NCBI GenBank assembly: GCA_965223265.1
Contig: OZ244999.1
Coordinates: 4,800,001 to 4,864,000 of the forward strand
Source: Planctomycetota bacterium
GTDB taxonomy: Bacteria > Planctomycetota > UBA8108 > SXIK01
DNA length: 64,000 nucleotides
Direction of reading: 5' to 3'
Part shown: positions 48,933 to 58,642 of the stretch, piece by piece
How the letters are laid out: each line of letters opens with the position of its first letter
Numbering within the stretch: the stretch's first letter is position 1
Translations under genes and position numbers: made by a program
Notes under the pieces: model-generated
The model's database searches: none
What the model saw: only the letters and a program-made list of their open reading frames with translations
What the model was told of the DNA's origin: nothing

Positions 48933-49862
48933 TTGACGCGCACGACGAACAGACCGTATCGCGGTTTCCCTGACTACCAACGGATGCGCTTGTTGCTACA
49001 GGAGACATTCGCCGTCTCCGGTCCTGCGGTTCTCATGACGGTCGGAGACTTGGAATACTGGCGTTGTCAATATGGCGACCCGGCAGTCGCCATGCAGACA
49101 TGCCAACTGTGGGAAAGCGACAACGCAGAACTCGTCGGATTCGCCTGGCCCGAAATTGCCCCGGATGGGTCAGCAGTCGTCGACCTATGTGTTGGTACGC
49201 CCTTCAATGACTTGTTCGGTCACATAATAGCGTGGTCCGAATCCAGCCTTCGACACCAGATGCCGTCCGGCTTGGACAAACTGGACGTTACGACAACGTG
49301 CCTCGAGCGGGACACGGATTGGGCGGCGCTCTTAGTAGACCGTGGATGGACACGCACGAACGAGTTTTTCCATTGGTACCGGGTACGGTCCCTACACACT
49401 CCTCTACCCAACTGCGTCTGCCCTGCCGGTTACAGCCTACGTGCGGTAGAGCTCGAGACCGACGTGCACCAAGTAGTCGCGGTCAACAATCGTTCGCGCG
49501 CAGGGCCTTCTCTGACCGATGCGACGTTCCGAGCGATGGTGGACTCTCCGATGTACCGGCGAGAGCTGAATCTCGTCGCGTTGGCGGCCGATTCCACTGT
49601 CGCTGCGTTCTGCACGGTGTGGTACGACGACCGCAACCGATTCGGCCTGTTCGAACCGGTTGGTTGCGAACCTCACCATCGCCGTCGCGGTGTCACGCAA
49701 GCGTTAATGACGGAAGCAATGCGACGCTTACAGCGTCTGGGCGCGACTTACGCCTTAGTGGCCAGCGCGGCGACTAACGAAGCAGCCAACCGACTGTATG
49801 ACTCGCTGGGTCTCGAACCCCGCAACCAGAAGTGGACGTGGAGGAAGACTCTCTATCGATGA
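48933..49862 (+). CDS. GNAT-family N-acetyltransferase
   Basis: VGDLEYWR, AAFCTVWYD, FEPVGCEPHHRRRG, NEAANRLYDSLG. Start approximate (ORF track 48726). Confidence 0.8.
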   Translation: MTRTTNRPYRGFPDYQRMRLLLQETFAVSGPAVLMTVGDLEYWRCQYGDPAVAMQTCQLWESDNAELVGFAWPEIAPDGSAVVDLCVGTPFNDLFGHIIAWSESSLRHQMPSGLDKLDVTTTCLERDTDWAALLVDRGWTRTNEFFHWYRVRSLHTPLPNCVCPAGYSLRAVELETDVHQVVAVNNRSRAGPSLTDATFRAMVDSPMYRRELNLVALAADSTVAAFCTVWYDDRNRFGLFEPVGCEPHHRRRGVTQALMTEAMRRLQRLGATYALVASAATNEAANRLYDSLGLEPRNQKWTWRKTLYR

Positions 49863-50029
49863 CAAGCTCGCTCACAAAATGGCTTCGGTCGGTCTTCCTT
49901 TCGCGCACAGACTCAGTCGATAGCCGAGACGAAACGGTCGGGCGCGTTTCTCAGGAATCGATTCGACCTATGGAGCCCAGATGGAACCCGCCTGACGCTA
50001 CTCTTCTCCGCGCTCCTTCTGCCCCACCG

Positions 50030-51166
50030 TCACGCCTCGCCGAAGCGCTTGCGAAACAGCTTCACGGTCGGATCACTCGCTTGGTTCGGCAGCTCGACGG
50101 GCGACTGCCAGTCCGCGGGCACGGCGTCGAGGCGCACGGGGCGTCCGTCCTCGACGAGGATCGACCTCCAGCCTGCCATGAAGGCGCGGTGACGGTCGAG
50201 GAGCTGGTCGAACGTCTGCGCCATCTCGCCGTGGCGCGCCATGCGCTGAAAGGCCCAAACCGTCGGCGCCCAAAGCTCCGTCTTGCTGTAAGGCTCCTCC
50301 GATCCGATGCGGATGTGAAAGCCTTCGCCGCGCTGGTCACCGGGGGTGAAGACCCGGAGTGTTCCGAGCGACGTCGCCGCCTGATGGAGCGTGCCGAAGA
50401 ACGGCCGCCCCGATGCATCGCGGTGCTCGAACGTCATCACGCCTGGCCCCTTGTGCCACTTCTCCGCGCGGAATGCGACCGACTCGACCGGGTTGCCGGC
50501 TTCGACGATGGCGCGGTAGATCATGTAGAGCCCATGGATGCCATGCGTTGGATAGTCGTCGAAGGAATTGGTTGCGTTGTAGCAAAGGACCTTCTTGTCG
50601 CGCACCCACGCTTTCGCGGCAGACATGGTGCTGTTGTGTTCGAACGCCGACGGCGTCAGAATCGTCGCCCCGTGCTTTTTCGCCACGGCGACCATCTCTT
50701 CAGCCTTGGCGATGGAGTTCGACAGTGGTCGATTGATCAGGTTCGGGAGCCCGGCCTCGAGGTACGGGCGGTGCAGGATGTGGTTCCAGGGATGGTTGTA
50801 ATAACCACCCGAGATCACGCCGTCGACCTTGCCGAGCATGTCGTCGAAGTTCTTCACCGCTTCACAGCCGAACGTGTTCGCGAATCCCTTCGCCTTCTCA
50901 TGATCGATCTCCCAGCAATGGGTGATGCGCATGTCCGTGAGACGGATCTCCTTCTGGTCGGGACGCGGATTGATCACGGGGCCCCAAAGCCCGGCGAGAT
51001 GCGAGTACGTCGTGACGTTCAAGCAGCCGACGCGAAAAACCTCACCGGTTTCTGAGCGTCCCGCAGCGAGGGCTCTTGAACCTGCGTGCGCGGCAGCGAG
51101 GCCGGCGCCGAGAAGCGAGGACTTCTTGAGAAACGCGCGCCGCCCGAAAAGATCTGCTGGGTTCAT
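50030..51166 (-). CDS. Tat-exported Gfo/Idh/MocA-like oxidoreductase (divergent)
   Basis: GRRAFLKK Tat motif; DDMLGKVDGVI, PYLEAGLP..INRPL, YPTHGIH. Confidence 0.7.
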   Translation of the reverse strand: MNPADLFGRRAFLKKSSLLGAGLAAAHAGSRALAAGRSETGEVFRVGCLNVTTYSHLAGLWGPVINPRPDQKEIRLTDMRITHCWEIDHEKAKGFANTFGCEAVKNFDDMLGKVDGVISGGYYNHPWNHILHRPYLEAGLPNLINRPLSNSIAKAEEMVAVAKKHGATILTPSAFEHNSTMSAAKAWVRDKKVLCYNATNSFDDYPTHGIHGLYMIYRAIVEAGNPVESVAFRAEKWHKGPGVMTFEHRDASGRPFFGTLHQAATSLGTLRVFTPGDQRGEGFHIRIGSEEPYSKTELWAPTVWAFQRMARHGEMAQTFDQLLDRHRAFMAGWRSILVEDGRPVRLDAVPADWQSPVELPNQASDPTVKLFRKRFGEA

Positions 51167-51285
51167 GACGCTAGCTCTTTCTTGTATTCCGAACTTCGTT
51201 TTCTTCGCTCTCTCTTGTTCCACATGTTCCTGCGTCGGCAACCAGAGGTGCGCTCGGCTTCGACGCAAGCGTCAACGCGCGGCCC

Positions 51286-52323
51286 CTACTTCATGTGCTC
51301 ATCGATAAACGATAGCATGCGTTCGTACGCCTTCTCGACTAGCTTTGGATCGCCGCCGCCGAATCCATGCTCGCCGTTCGCAATCGTCACGAGCTCATGC
51401 TCGACGCCGTGCATCTTGAATTCCGCCGCCATGTCGACAGAGTTCTCATACGGAACGTCAGTGTCACTGGTGCCGTGAACGAGAAGCGTCGGCGGATATT
51501 CCTTGGTGACGTTTTTGACCGGCATGTATGGGAAGAACTTCTCGGCCTCGGTGCGCGGATCCCATGTCGAGACTTGCTGCGGCCAAATGCCACGCTGACG
51601 GCAGTACTGGTAGAACGCGCCGCCATTGCCTCGGCGTAGACGGGAGTCGGAAATTGGCGCACCTTTCACCTGTTTGAGCGCATCTGCCGTCGACATCTTG
51701 ATGCGATGGTGACGCGAGTGCGGACTCGGAGTGCTGTACCAATCGCCGATCAGATCGCCGTAGCCGTAAATCGACACGAGTACCGTCGGCCTCGGCTTCA
51801 CCCGATGACCCGTGACGAGGGTCAAGTAACCACCGGCGGAGGCACCGATCACCGCGATCTTCGAAGTGTCTGCATGAAATCGCGCCGCACCTTCAGCGCG
51901 CAGCCAATCGAATGCGTCTTCGACGTCGGCGATGATCTCCGGCAACTTGGTTTCAGGCGCCAGGCGGTAATCGATCGACGCGACGGCATACCCGGCACGC
52001 AGCGCCGGCTTGAGTACGCGACCGTCGATCGACTCGCGGTGGCCGACCATGAGAGCCCCGCCGTGGATCCAGACGAGAAGCGGTCGCTGCTTGGTGTCAT
52101 CCGCCCGGTGAACGTCGAGCTTGATCTCTACCTTGCCGGCCTTCTTGTACGTGAACGTCGACACCTTCACTGGCGCGTTTTTCCTTTCGTCTTCCTCACC
52201 GCGCTTGGCCGCGAATGCGGCGGAAGGCGCCAGACCTGCGCTACTCACTGCGGCGGAAGCTGCCGCCGCAGTGAGCGCCAGAAACTCGCGCCGCGGCAAC
52301 TGATCGTTTCTGTCAAGCTGCAT
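51286..52323 (-). CDS. Tat-exported alpha/beta hydrolase (esterase/lipase)
   Basis: RREFL; WIHGGAL, IDYRLAPE, GASAGG, LVHGTSDTDVP, GEHGF. Confidence 0.88.
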   Translation of the reverse strand: MQLDRNDQLPRREFLALTAAAASAAVSSAGLAPSAAFAAKRGEEDERKNAPVKVSTFTYKKAGKVEIKLDVHRADDTKQRPLLVWIHGGALMVGHRESIDGRVLKPALRAGYAVASIDYRLAPETKLPEIIADVEDAFDWLRAEGAARFHADTSKIAVIGASAGGYLTLVTGHRVKPRPTVLVSIYGYGDLIGDWYSTPSPHSRHHRIKMSTADALKQVKGAPISDSRLRRGNGGAFYQYCRQRGIWPQQVSTWDPRTEAEKFFPYMPVKNVTKEYPPTLLVHGTSDTDVPYENSVDMAAEFKMHGVEHELVTIANGEHGFGGGDPKLVEKAYERMLSFIDEHMK

Positions 52324-52687
52324 GAGTATTCCCTTCTGCTAAGGGCTGCGTTCAAACGTGTGCTCGTAGGCGCATTCTCGACGAAGGCCTCGAACGGCAC
52401 AAGCGACTGTTCGCGCCGCGACCGCTTTCGCCGCTTCGGGAGATGCCCGAATCCAGGATCGTTCGACCGAATGGGCCGCTCGTTCGGTCCGTGGTGCGAC
52501 GGCAACACTCCCGAGTGGAGGCAATCGAGAGTCGCGACTTTCACGGGCAGCGGTGCCGCTGGGAGGACGTCGCTGAGAATCGAAAACGGTCGCCTTCAAG
52601 CCGCGTTGCGTGTTAGGCTGAGCGCACGATCGGGCCGTGATCAAGACATGCAACGGCAACGTGCTCTATAGTTAAGGAGACGATCCC

Positions 52688-54031
52688 GTGACGCAGAAAA
52701 ACACCCATCCCGGTGCCAGTGAGCGTTCGACACGCAAAGTGGGTCGACGCACCTTCCTGACGACATCCGCCCGCACAACAGCCGGGATCGCCGCTGCAGT
52801 CGCAGCTCCGTCGATCTTGGGTGCCGCCAGCCCGAACGAGACGATCCGCATCGCCGCAGTCGGCGTTCGTGGGCGCGGAAGGAGCCACGCCACGGGTTTC
52901 CCGGACATCAAAGGCGTCGAAACCGCGGCGGTCTGCGACGTCGACACCGAGGTCAGAAATCGCATTGCGGGTATGGTCGAAGAAAAGCAAGGCAAAGCCC
53001 CGCTCAAAGTCGAAGACTTCCGCACCCTCCTCGACGACAAGAGCATCGACGCACTGGTCATCGCAACGCCTGATCATTGGCACGGTCCCGCAACGATCTG
53101 GGGCTGCCAAGCCGGAAAGGATGTCTACGTCGAAAAACCTTGCTCGCACAACTTCCGCGAGGCGCGCCTCATGGTCGAAGCGGCGCGCAAGTACGACCGC
53201 GTCGTCCAACACGGCACGCAGAGCCGCAGCGCCATGCACGTTCAAGATGCGATCGAGTTTCTGCGTTCAGGAAAACTTGGCCGCATCCTGCAGGCGAAGG
53301 CGATCAACTCTCAGCGCCGCAGCAATATCGGTCACAAGACCGATGCCCCGGTGCCCAAGGGGGTCAACTACGATCTCTGGCTCGGACCCGCGGCGTCGCG
53401 TCCGTTCAACCCAAACCGCTTCCACTACAATTGGCACTGGTTTTGGGACTACGGCACGGGCGACATGGGAAACGACGGTGTGCATCAGATCGATATCGCC
53501 AGCTGGGCTCTGGGCGATCCGGATCTGCCGACGTCGATCAGCTGCGGTGGTGGCAAGTTTTACTTCGATGACGATCAGCAGACACCGGACACTCAAAACG
53601 TGTTCTTCAACTACGGCGACGTTTCCCTCGTCTACGAGATGCGCATCTGGACGCCGTACCCCGAGCATGGCGTCGACAACGGCAATGTCTTCTACGGCGA
53701 GAACGGCTACATGGTGCTGCACCGCTCGCGACAGTGGCAGGTCTACTTCAAGGACGGCAAGAAGGGACCCTCCAGCCAGCCGAAAAACAATCGCGGCGTC
53801 GACCACCGCCAAAACTTCATCGACTGCATGCGCTCACGGCAGCGCCCGGTGGCCGACATCGAGATCGGTTTCCGCTCGAGTGCACTGGCGCACTTCGGCA
53901 ACATCGCCTATCGTGTGAAGCGACAGCTCCACTTCGACAAGAGCTCGATGTCCTTCACGGGCGACCCCGAAGCGACGCAGCTTCTCGGCCGTGAGTATCG
54001 CAAAGAGTTCGAAGTTGTTGACGCCGTCTGA
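52688..54031 (+). CDS. Tat-exported Gfo/Idh/MocA oxidoreductase
   Basis: GRRTFL; GVRGRG, IATPDHWH, GKDVYVEKP, QHGTQSRS, YDLWLGPA, WDYGTGDMGNDGVH. Confidence 0.92.
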   Translation: MTQKNTHPGASERSTRKVGRRTFLTTSARTTAGIAAAVAAPSILGAASPNETIRIAAVGVRGRGRSHATGFPDIKGVETAAVCDVDTEVRNRIAGMVEEKQGKAPLKVEDFRTLLDDKSIDALVIATPDHWHGPATIWGCQAGKDVYVEKPCSHNFREARLMVEAARKYDRVVQHGTQSRSAMHVQDAIEFLRSGKLGRILQAKAINSQRRSNIGHKTDAPVPKGVNYDLWLGPAASRPFNPNRFHYNWHWFWDYGTGDMGNDGVHQIDIASWALGDPDLPTSISCGGGKFYFDDDQQTPDTQNVFFNYGDVSLVYEMRIWTPYPEHGVDNGNVFYGENGYMVLHRSRQWQVYFKDGKKGPSSQPKNNRGVDHRQNFIDCMRSRQRPVADIEIGFRSSALAHFGNIAYRVKRQLHFDKSSMSFTGDPEATQLLGREYRKEFEVVDAV

Positions 54032-54069
54032 CGCGTAGCACTTAGAGTTCTCTAACGACGATCAACGAT

Positions 54070-54114
54070 CGAGGCGACTCTCTTGGAACGTGGGGAGTCG
54101 CCTCGCCTTTTTTT
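54070..54114 (+). terminator. Intrinsic terminator
   Basis: CGAGGCGACTC...GAGTCGCCTCG followed by a T7 run. Confidence 0.75.
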
Positions 54115-54248
54115 CATGAGCAGTCGTCCCGCGCCGCCGAGTCCCTAGAGACAACTGCACCTGAGGGAAGAATGGCAGCGGAGGACAGACTCACGGTTCA
54201 GCACTTGGACGCTGCGCCAAGGCGTCGAGCGCGGAGGAGCGAGGAGCC

Positions 54249-55022
54249 ATGAACAATGCGCAGCACCGCGGCGACGACCTGCGCGGCCGTGTCGCGCTCG
54301 TCACCGGCGGCTCACGCGGCATCGGACGCGCGTGCTGCCTGCGCTTGGCACGAGCGGGGGCGAGCGTTGCAGTCAACTTCGCACGCCAAGACGTCGCAGC
54401 CGCTGACGTCGTCGACGCGATCCGTTCGGAGGGCGGCACTGCCGCCGCCTTCCAAGCAGACGTCACGTCGGAGAACGCGGTCAAAACTATGGTTGCGGAC
54501 GTCGAACGCGCGCTTGGTCCAATCGACCTCCTCGTCAACAACGCCGGCATCTTTGAGCGCGCATCGCACACTGAGACCACGCCTGAGCTTTGGCGACGCA
54601 CCATTGACACCAACCTCACAGGCGTCTACACGGTCACTTGGGCGGTGAAAGACGGAATGGTGGCGCGCCGGTTTGGCAGCATCGTCAACCTGACATCGGT
54701 CTCGGCGCTGCGTGCGCGTCCAATGTCGATCGCGTACGCTGCAAGCAAGGCCGGAGTCGTGGCACTGACGAAGAGTCTCGCCGAAGCCGTGGCTGGGGAC
54801 GGAGTCCGCGTCAACGCCGTGGCTCCTGGACTGATCGACACTGAGATCCTCGAAGGCGTCGATCAAGGTGTCCTTGACGGCCTCGTCGAGACAACGCCGA
54901 TGAAGCGCATCGGAACTCCGGAAGAGATCGCCGACGTGGTGCATTTTCTCCTCTCGGACGCTTCGCGCTTCATGACCGGGCAGACACTCGTCGCCAGCGG
55001 CGGCCGCGTCATGTTGCCGTGA
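54249..55022 (+). CDS. Short-chain dehydrogenase/reductase (FabG-like)
   Basis: TGGSRGIG, NNAG, YAASK, VNAVAPG, MTGQTL. Confidence 0.92.
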   Translation: MNNAQHRGDDLRGRVALVTGGSRGIGRACCLRLARAGASVAVNFARQDVAAADVVDAIRSEGGTAAAFQADVTSENAVKTMVADVERALGPIDLLVNNAGIFERASHTETTPELWRRTIDTNLTGVYTVTWAVKDGMVARRFGSIVNLTSVSALRARPMSIAYAASKAGVVALTKSLAEAVAGDGVRVNAVAPGLIDTEILEGVDQGVLDGLVETTPMKRIGTPEEIADVVHFLLSDASRFMTGQTLVASGGRVMLP

Positions 55023-55209
55023 CGGGTCGTGGCTGACAGAGACGCGCCCGCAAATCGCCAATCAAACCGGGACTGACATCGAGAGCGATGAAACGCATGT
55101 GAAGCCTGCGAAGAAAAGGTGAGTCAAGAGCCCGCCGCGTCCGGACGGCGGTACATCACCCCCCGACGCCGCGCGGAGAGCTTGTCAAGAGCGCGAAGCG
55201 CAGAGCACG

Positions 55210-55449
55210 CCCTCGCACACGCCCTCGCCCTCGCCCTCGCCCTCGCCCTCGCCCTCGCCCTCGCCCTCGCCCTCGCACACGCCCTCGCACACGCCCTCGC
55301 ACACGCCCTCGCACACGCCCTCGCACACGCCCTCGCACACGCCCTCGCACACGCCCTCGCCCTCGCACACGCCCTCGCACACGCCCTCGCACACGCCCTC
55401 GCACACGCCCTCGCACACGCCCTCGCACACGCTCACGCACACGCTCACA
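55210..55449. repeat. Hexamer microsatellite (CCCTCG / CACACG / CTCACG), about 40 units
   Basis: Direct reading of the sequence; it runs straight into the REP array. Confidence 0.92.
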
Positions 55450-56074
55450 CACAAGACCGGACGGCACACGGGAGTGTGCCTGCTACTTTCAGCACACGCA
55501 CACGCACACGCTCACGCCCACGCTCACGCCCACGCTCACGCCCACGCTCACACACAAGACCGGACGGCACACGGGAGTGTGCCTGCTACTTTCAGCACAC
55601 GCACACGCACACGCCCTCGCACACGCCCTCGCACACGCTCACGCACACGCTCACACACAAGACCGGACGGCACACGGGAGTGTGCCTGCTACTTTCAGCA
55701 CACGCACACGCACACGCTCACGCTCACGCTCACGCTCACACACAAGACCGGACGGCACACGGGAGTGTGCCTGCTACTTTCAGCACACGCACACGCACAC
55801 GCACACGCACACGCACACGCACACGCACAAGACCGGACGGCACACGGGAGTGTGCCTGCTACTTTCAGCACACGCACACGTACACGCTCACGCACACGCT
55901 CACGCTCACACACAAGACCGGACGGCACACGGGAGTGTGCCTGCTACTTTCAGCACACGCACACGCACACGCACACGCACACGCACACGCACACGCTCAC
56001 GCCCACACACAAGACCGGACGGCACACGGGAGTGTGCCTGCTACTTTCAGCACACGCACACGCACACGCACACG
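55450..56074. repeat. Tandem array of seven identical 43-bp REP-like units with hexamer-composed variable spacers
   Basis: CACAAGACCGGACGGCACACGGGAGTGTGCCTGCTACTTTCAG starts at 55450, 55553, 55656, 55741, 55826, 55911 and 56008; spacers are 60, 60, 42, 42, 42 and 54 bp. Confidence 0.92.
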
Positions 56075-56146
56075 CGATCCCGCGCGCGTCTCTCTTGCAA
56101 CAACGGGGCGCGAGTCAAGATGCAAGCGCGACGGTGCTCCCGTCCG

Positions 56147-57184
56147 TCAGAACGATTGGCACCACGCGGCGATGAGCTCGTCCACACTACCGGGCGGCTG
56201 TTCCATCAGCCTGACGACCGCGTCTCGCTGTCGTGCGCGCTCCGTCGCGTCCAAATACTCAAGCGGTGATCTGCCTTCCACCCGAGCCAGAAGGCAAGCG
56301 AGCGTGTGGTGCACCGCACGCTGTTCAAATCCTTCCTGCCACTTCACTTCTCCCAGCGCGATGAGGTACGCCTGCCAGTAACTGCGCGTTGCGGCTGCGA
56401 ACGCGCCCCGGTGTGCGGGCAAGTGATGCGCCTTGCTGAGAAAGTGCGTCATCGAGAAGCCCAGATCAAACGCCGGCTCTCCGAAATGAATCACCTCATG
56501 GTCGAGAAGGACGATTTGGCCCGCGTGGATGAGAACGTTCTTGGGGCTGTAGTCGCCATGCACAAGCGCGTCGCTCCGCGCCCGAGTTTCCTTCATGAGG
56601 CGGCGAAGAAACGGCGCCGCATCGGCAACCTGCTCGGCGGCGTAGCCGTAGTAGGGCTCGAGTCGCAGGGACTCGAAGTACGACCGATCGGCGAAATCGG
56701 CGGCGAGATCGTCGTGGAGGTCAGGATCGGCGCCGTGGATGCGTCCAAGGAGGCGACCGAACTGCTCGACGTAATCGGAGTTGATGTTCCCCGCCAGGAG
56801 GAGCGTCTTCCAATTGTCGTGAGGCTCCGGAACGGCCTCCATGGCGACGATATGGTGCTCCTCGTCGTAGAAGATGAGCGGTGTGATGGCGCCATGCGGC
56901 GCCAGGCGAGCCAGCCAGCGCAGGCCTTCGGCTTCGCGCTCGGCCCGTCCCGGGTCGCTGAACCAATCAACGTCGACTCGGAGCTTTTCCAGAGCCTGTT
57001 TCACGACCCACACCTCCCCCGTCTCCCGCGTCACCTTGAGGGTCCGATTGGAGACGCCACCGTCGAGGCGTTCGACCTGAACGCGTTCGTCCACGCCGAG
57101 GTGCCGCGTCTGCCGCAAGTAGCGCTCGAGCGCTCCGGGTTGTTCGATGTCGTCGACAGCTCTCAACTGACTCCACTCCTCCAT
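56147..57184 (-). CDS. APH-family phosphotransferase (5-methylthioribose kinase-like)
   Basis: [54 protein letters not shown]. Confidence 0.8.
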   Translation of the reverse strand: MEEWSQLRAVDDIEQPGALERYLRQTRHLGVDERVQVERLDGGVSNRTLKVTRETGEVWVVKQALEKLRVDVDWFSDPGRAEREAEGLRWLARLAPHGAITPLIFYDEEHHIVAMEAVPEPHDNWKTLLLAGNINSDYVEQFGRLLGRIHGADPDLHDDLAADFADRSYFESLRLEPYYGYAAEQVADAAPFLRRLMKETRARSDALVHGDYSPKNVLIHAGQIVLLDHEVIHFGEPAFDLGFSMTHFLSKAHHLPAHRGAFAAATRSYWQAYLIALGEVKWQEGFEQRAVHHTLACLLARVEGRSPLEYLDATERARQRDAVVRLMEQPPGSVDELIAAWCQSF

Positions 57185-57325
57185 CGTGTGGCAAAACTCG
57201 TGGTTCGTAGCGCCACATGATGCGCCATCGACGGCGCCGACGGAAGAGTTTGATGCGAGGAGAATGCGCCCAGCTGACAAGGCGTGTGGCTCTTGTCCGA
57301 TCGGAGTCGGACGCGGCAGCACGCT

Positions 57326-58471
57326 TCAGCGCTCGTCAACGGGTAGCCACTTGCATCCAGAGGCACCCACATATCTTGACAAGGGCCGAATGAGTTCATC
57401 CGCCGCTACCTGCTCATAGCAGTGTGCGGTCCAGCCAGCGACCCGAGCGACGGCAAAGGTCGGAGTGAAGAGGCCGGGATCGAACCCGAGTCCGTGAAGA
57501 AGAAGCGCGGTGTAGAACTCAACGTTAGTGTCGAGGCCGCGACCCGGTTTGTACTCCGCCAGCAGGCGTACGGCAGTGCCTTCACAATCCTTCGCCAGCT
57601 CGTAGAGTCCAACGTCGCCGTCGCGCGCATAGAGCCTCTCGGCAGCGGCGGCGAGCACGTCGGCGCGAGGATCGCGGACCTTGTAGACGCGATGGCCGAA
57701 TCCCATGAGGCGTTCGCCGCGCTCGAGCTTGGCGCGCAAATACGGTTCTGCGTTCTCCGCGTTTCCGATTTCGAACACCATATCGAGCGCCGGACCCGGT
57801 GCGCCGCCGTGCCGCGGTCCTTTGAGCGCGCCGACGGCTCCGCAAATCGCCGAGACAAAGTCGGAGTCCGTAGCGGTGATGACTCGCGCGGTGAAGGTCG
57901 ACGCATTGAAACCATGGTCAGAGACCGTATTGAGATACGTCTCGAGAGCGCGCGTCCGGGCGGCACTCGGCACGTCGCCGGAGAGCATGAACAGATAGTT
58001 CGCAGCATGCCCGAGATCCGGGTTGGGCGTGATCGGTTCGTGACCGCGTCGCAAGCGGTCGTACGCGGCGACGACGGTGGGCAGCCGCGCGACGAGCCGC
58101 TTGGCGAGTTCATCAGCCTCGCGATCGGCGGGCGCAACGTCGATGTCAAGAGCACCGACGGCGAGCCGCAGCGCGTCGATCGGAGGCGTTTGGGCAGTAG
58201 GGGCCTGACGGAGCGAGTGCGTGACAACCGCCGGCAGAGCGCGTCGGTCGCGAAGCTCGTCAGCAAACCTCGCCAGCTCGTCACGTCGAGGCAACTCCTC
58301 GTTCCAAAGGAGCCAAACCATCTCTTCGAACGAAGCTCGCGGCGCGACTTCCTCGACGTCGAAGCCGCGGAGCGTGAGGCGCCCCTTCTCGCCGTCGATG
58401 TGGCTGACACGCGTCTCAGCGGCGACAACGCCTCGCAGGCCCGGGCGATAGACGATCGATGCGGAGCTCAT
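57326..58471 (-). CDS. Citrate synthase (CitA/type II-like, NVEF variant)
   Basis: GLRGVVAAET, DHGFNASTFTAR, KGPRHGGA, MGFGHRVYKVRDPRA, TNVEFY, IRP. Confidence 0.9.
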   Translation of the reverse strand: MSSASIVYRPGLRGVVAAETRVSHIDGEKGRLTLRGFDVEEVAPRASFEEMVWLLWNEELPRRDELARFADELRDRRALPAVVTHSLRQAPTAQTPPIDALRLAVGALDIDVAPADREADELAKRLVARLPTVVAAYDRLRRGHEPITPNPDLGHAANYLFMLSGDVPSAARTRALETYLNTVSDHGFNASTFTARVITATDSDFVSAICGAVGALKGPRHGGAPGPALDMVFEIGNAENAEPYLRAKLERGERLMGFGHRVYKVRDPRADVLAAAAERLYARDGDVGLYELAKDCEGTAVRLLAEYKPGRGLDTNVEFYTALLLHGLGFDPGLFTPTFAVARVAGWTAHCYEQVAADELIRPLSRYVGASGCKWLPVDER

Positions 58472-58642
58472 AAGTCCTCCTGGTCCAAAAAAGGGGCTTG
58501 ATCTGGCCTCCAGAATAGAAGAGCATTATATGTTGTCTATATTGATTTTTTCATCCAGTATGACTAGTCGACGGTGAAAACTGCCACCGCCGCGCCCTTT
58601 TGACAAAGGGCTTCGATAAAGACTTCCGAATGAAGACTTCCG

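Noticed and set aside
49832-51055. Long antisense ORFs (e.g. 49832-51055, 46831-47976, 57422-58501, 4896-5966)
   Set aside because: Shadow frames of well-supported genes on the opposite strand, expected at high GC.
55450-56074. CRISPR array
   Set aside because: Spacers are low-complexity hexamer runs, not foreign sequence; no cas genes or AT-rich leader; the unit also occurs dispersed as REP-type inverted pairs.
55119-56381. His/Ala-, Arg/Thr- or His/Thr-rich proteins (ORFs 55119, 55474, 55577 and minus-strand ORFs)
   Set aside because: The repeats simply lack stop codons; each unit is 1 mod 3 long so the frame shifts every copy, which argues against coding.
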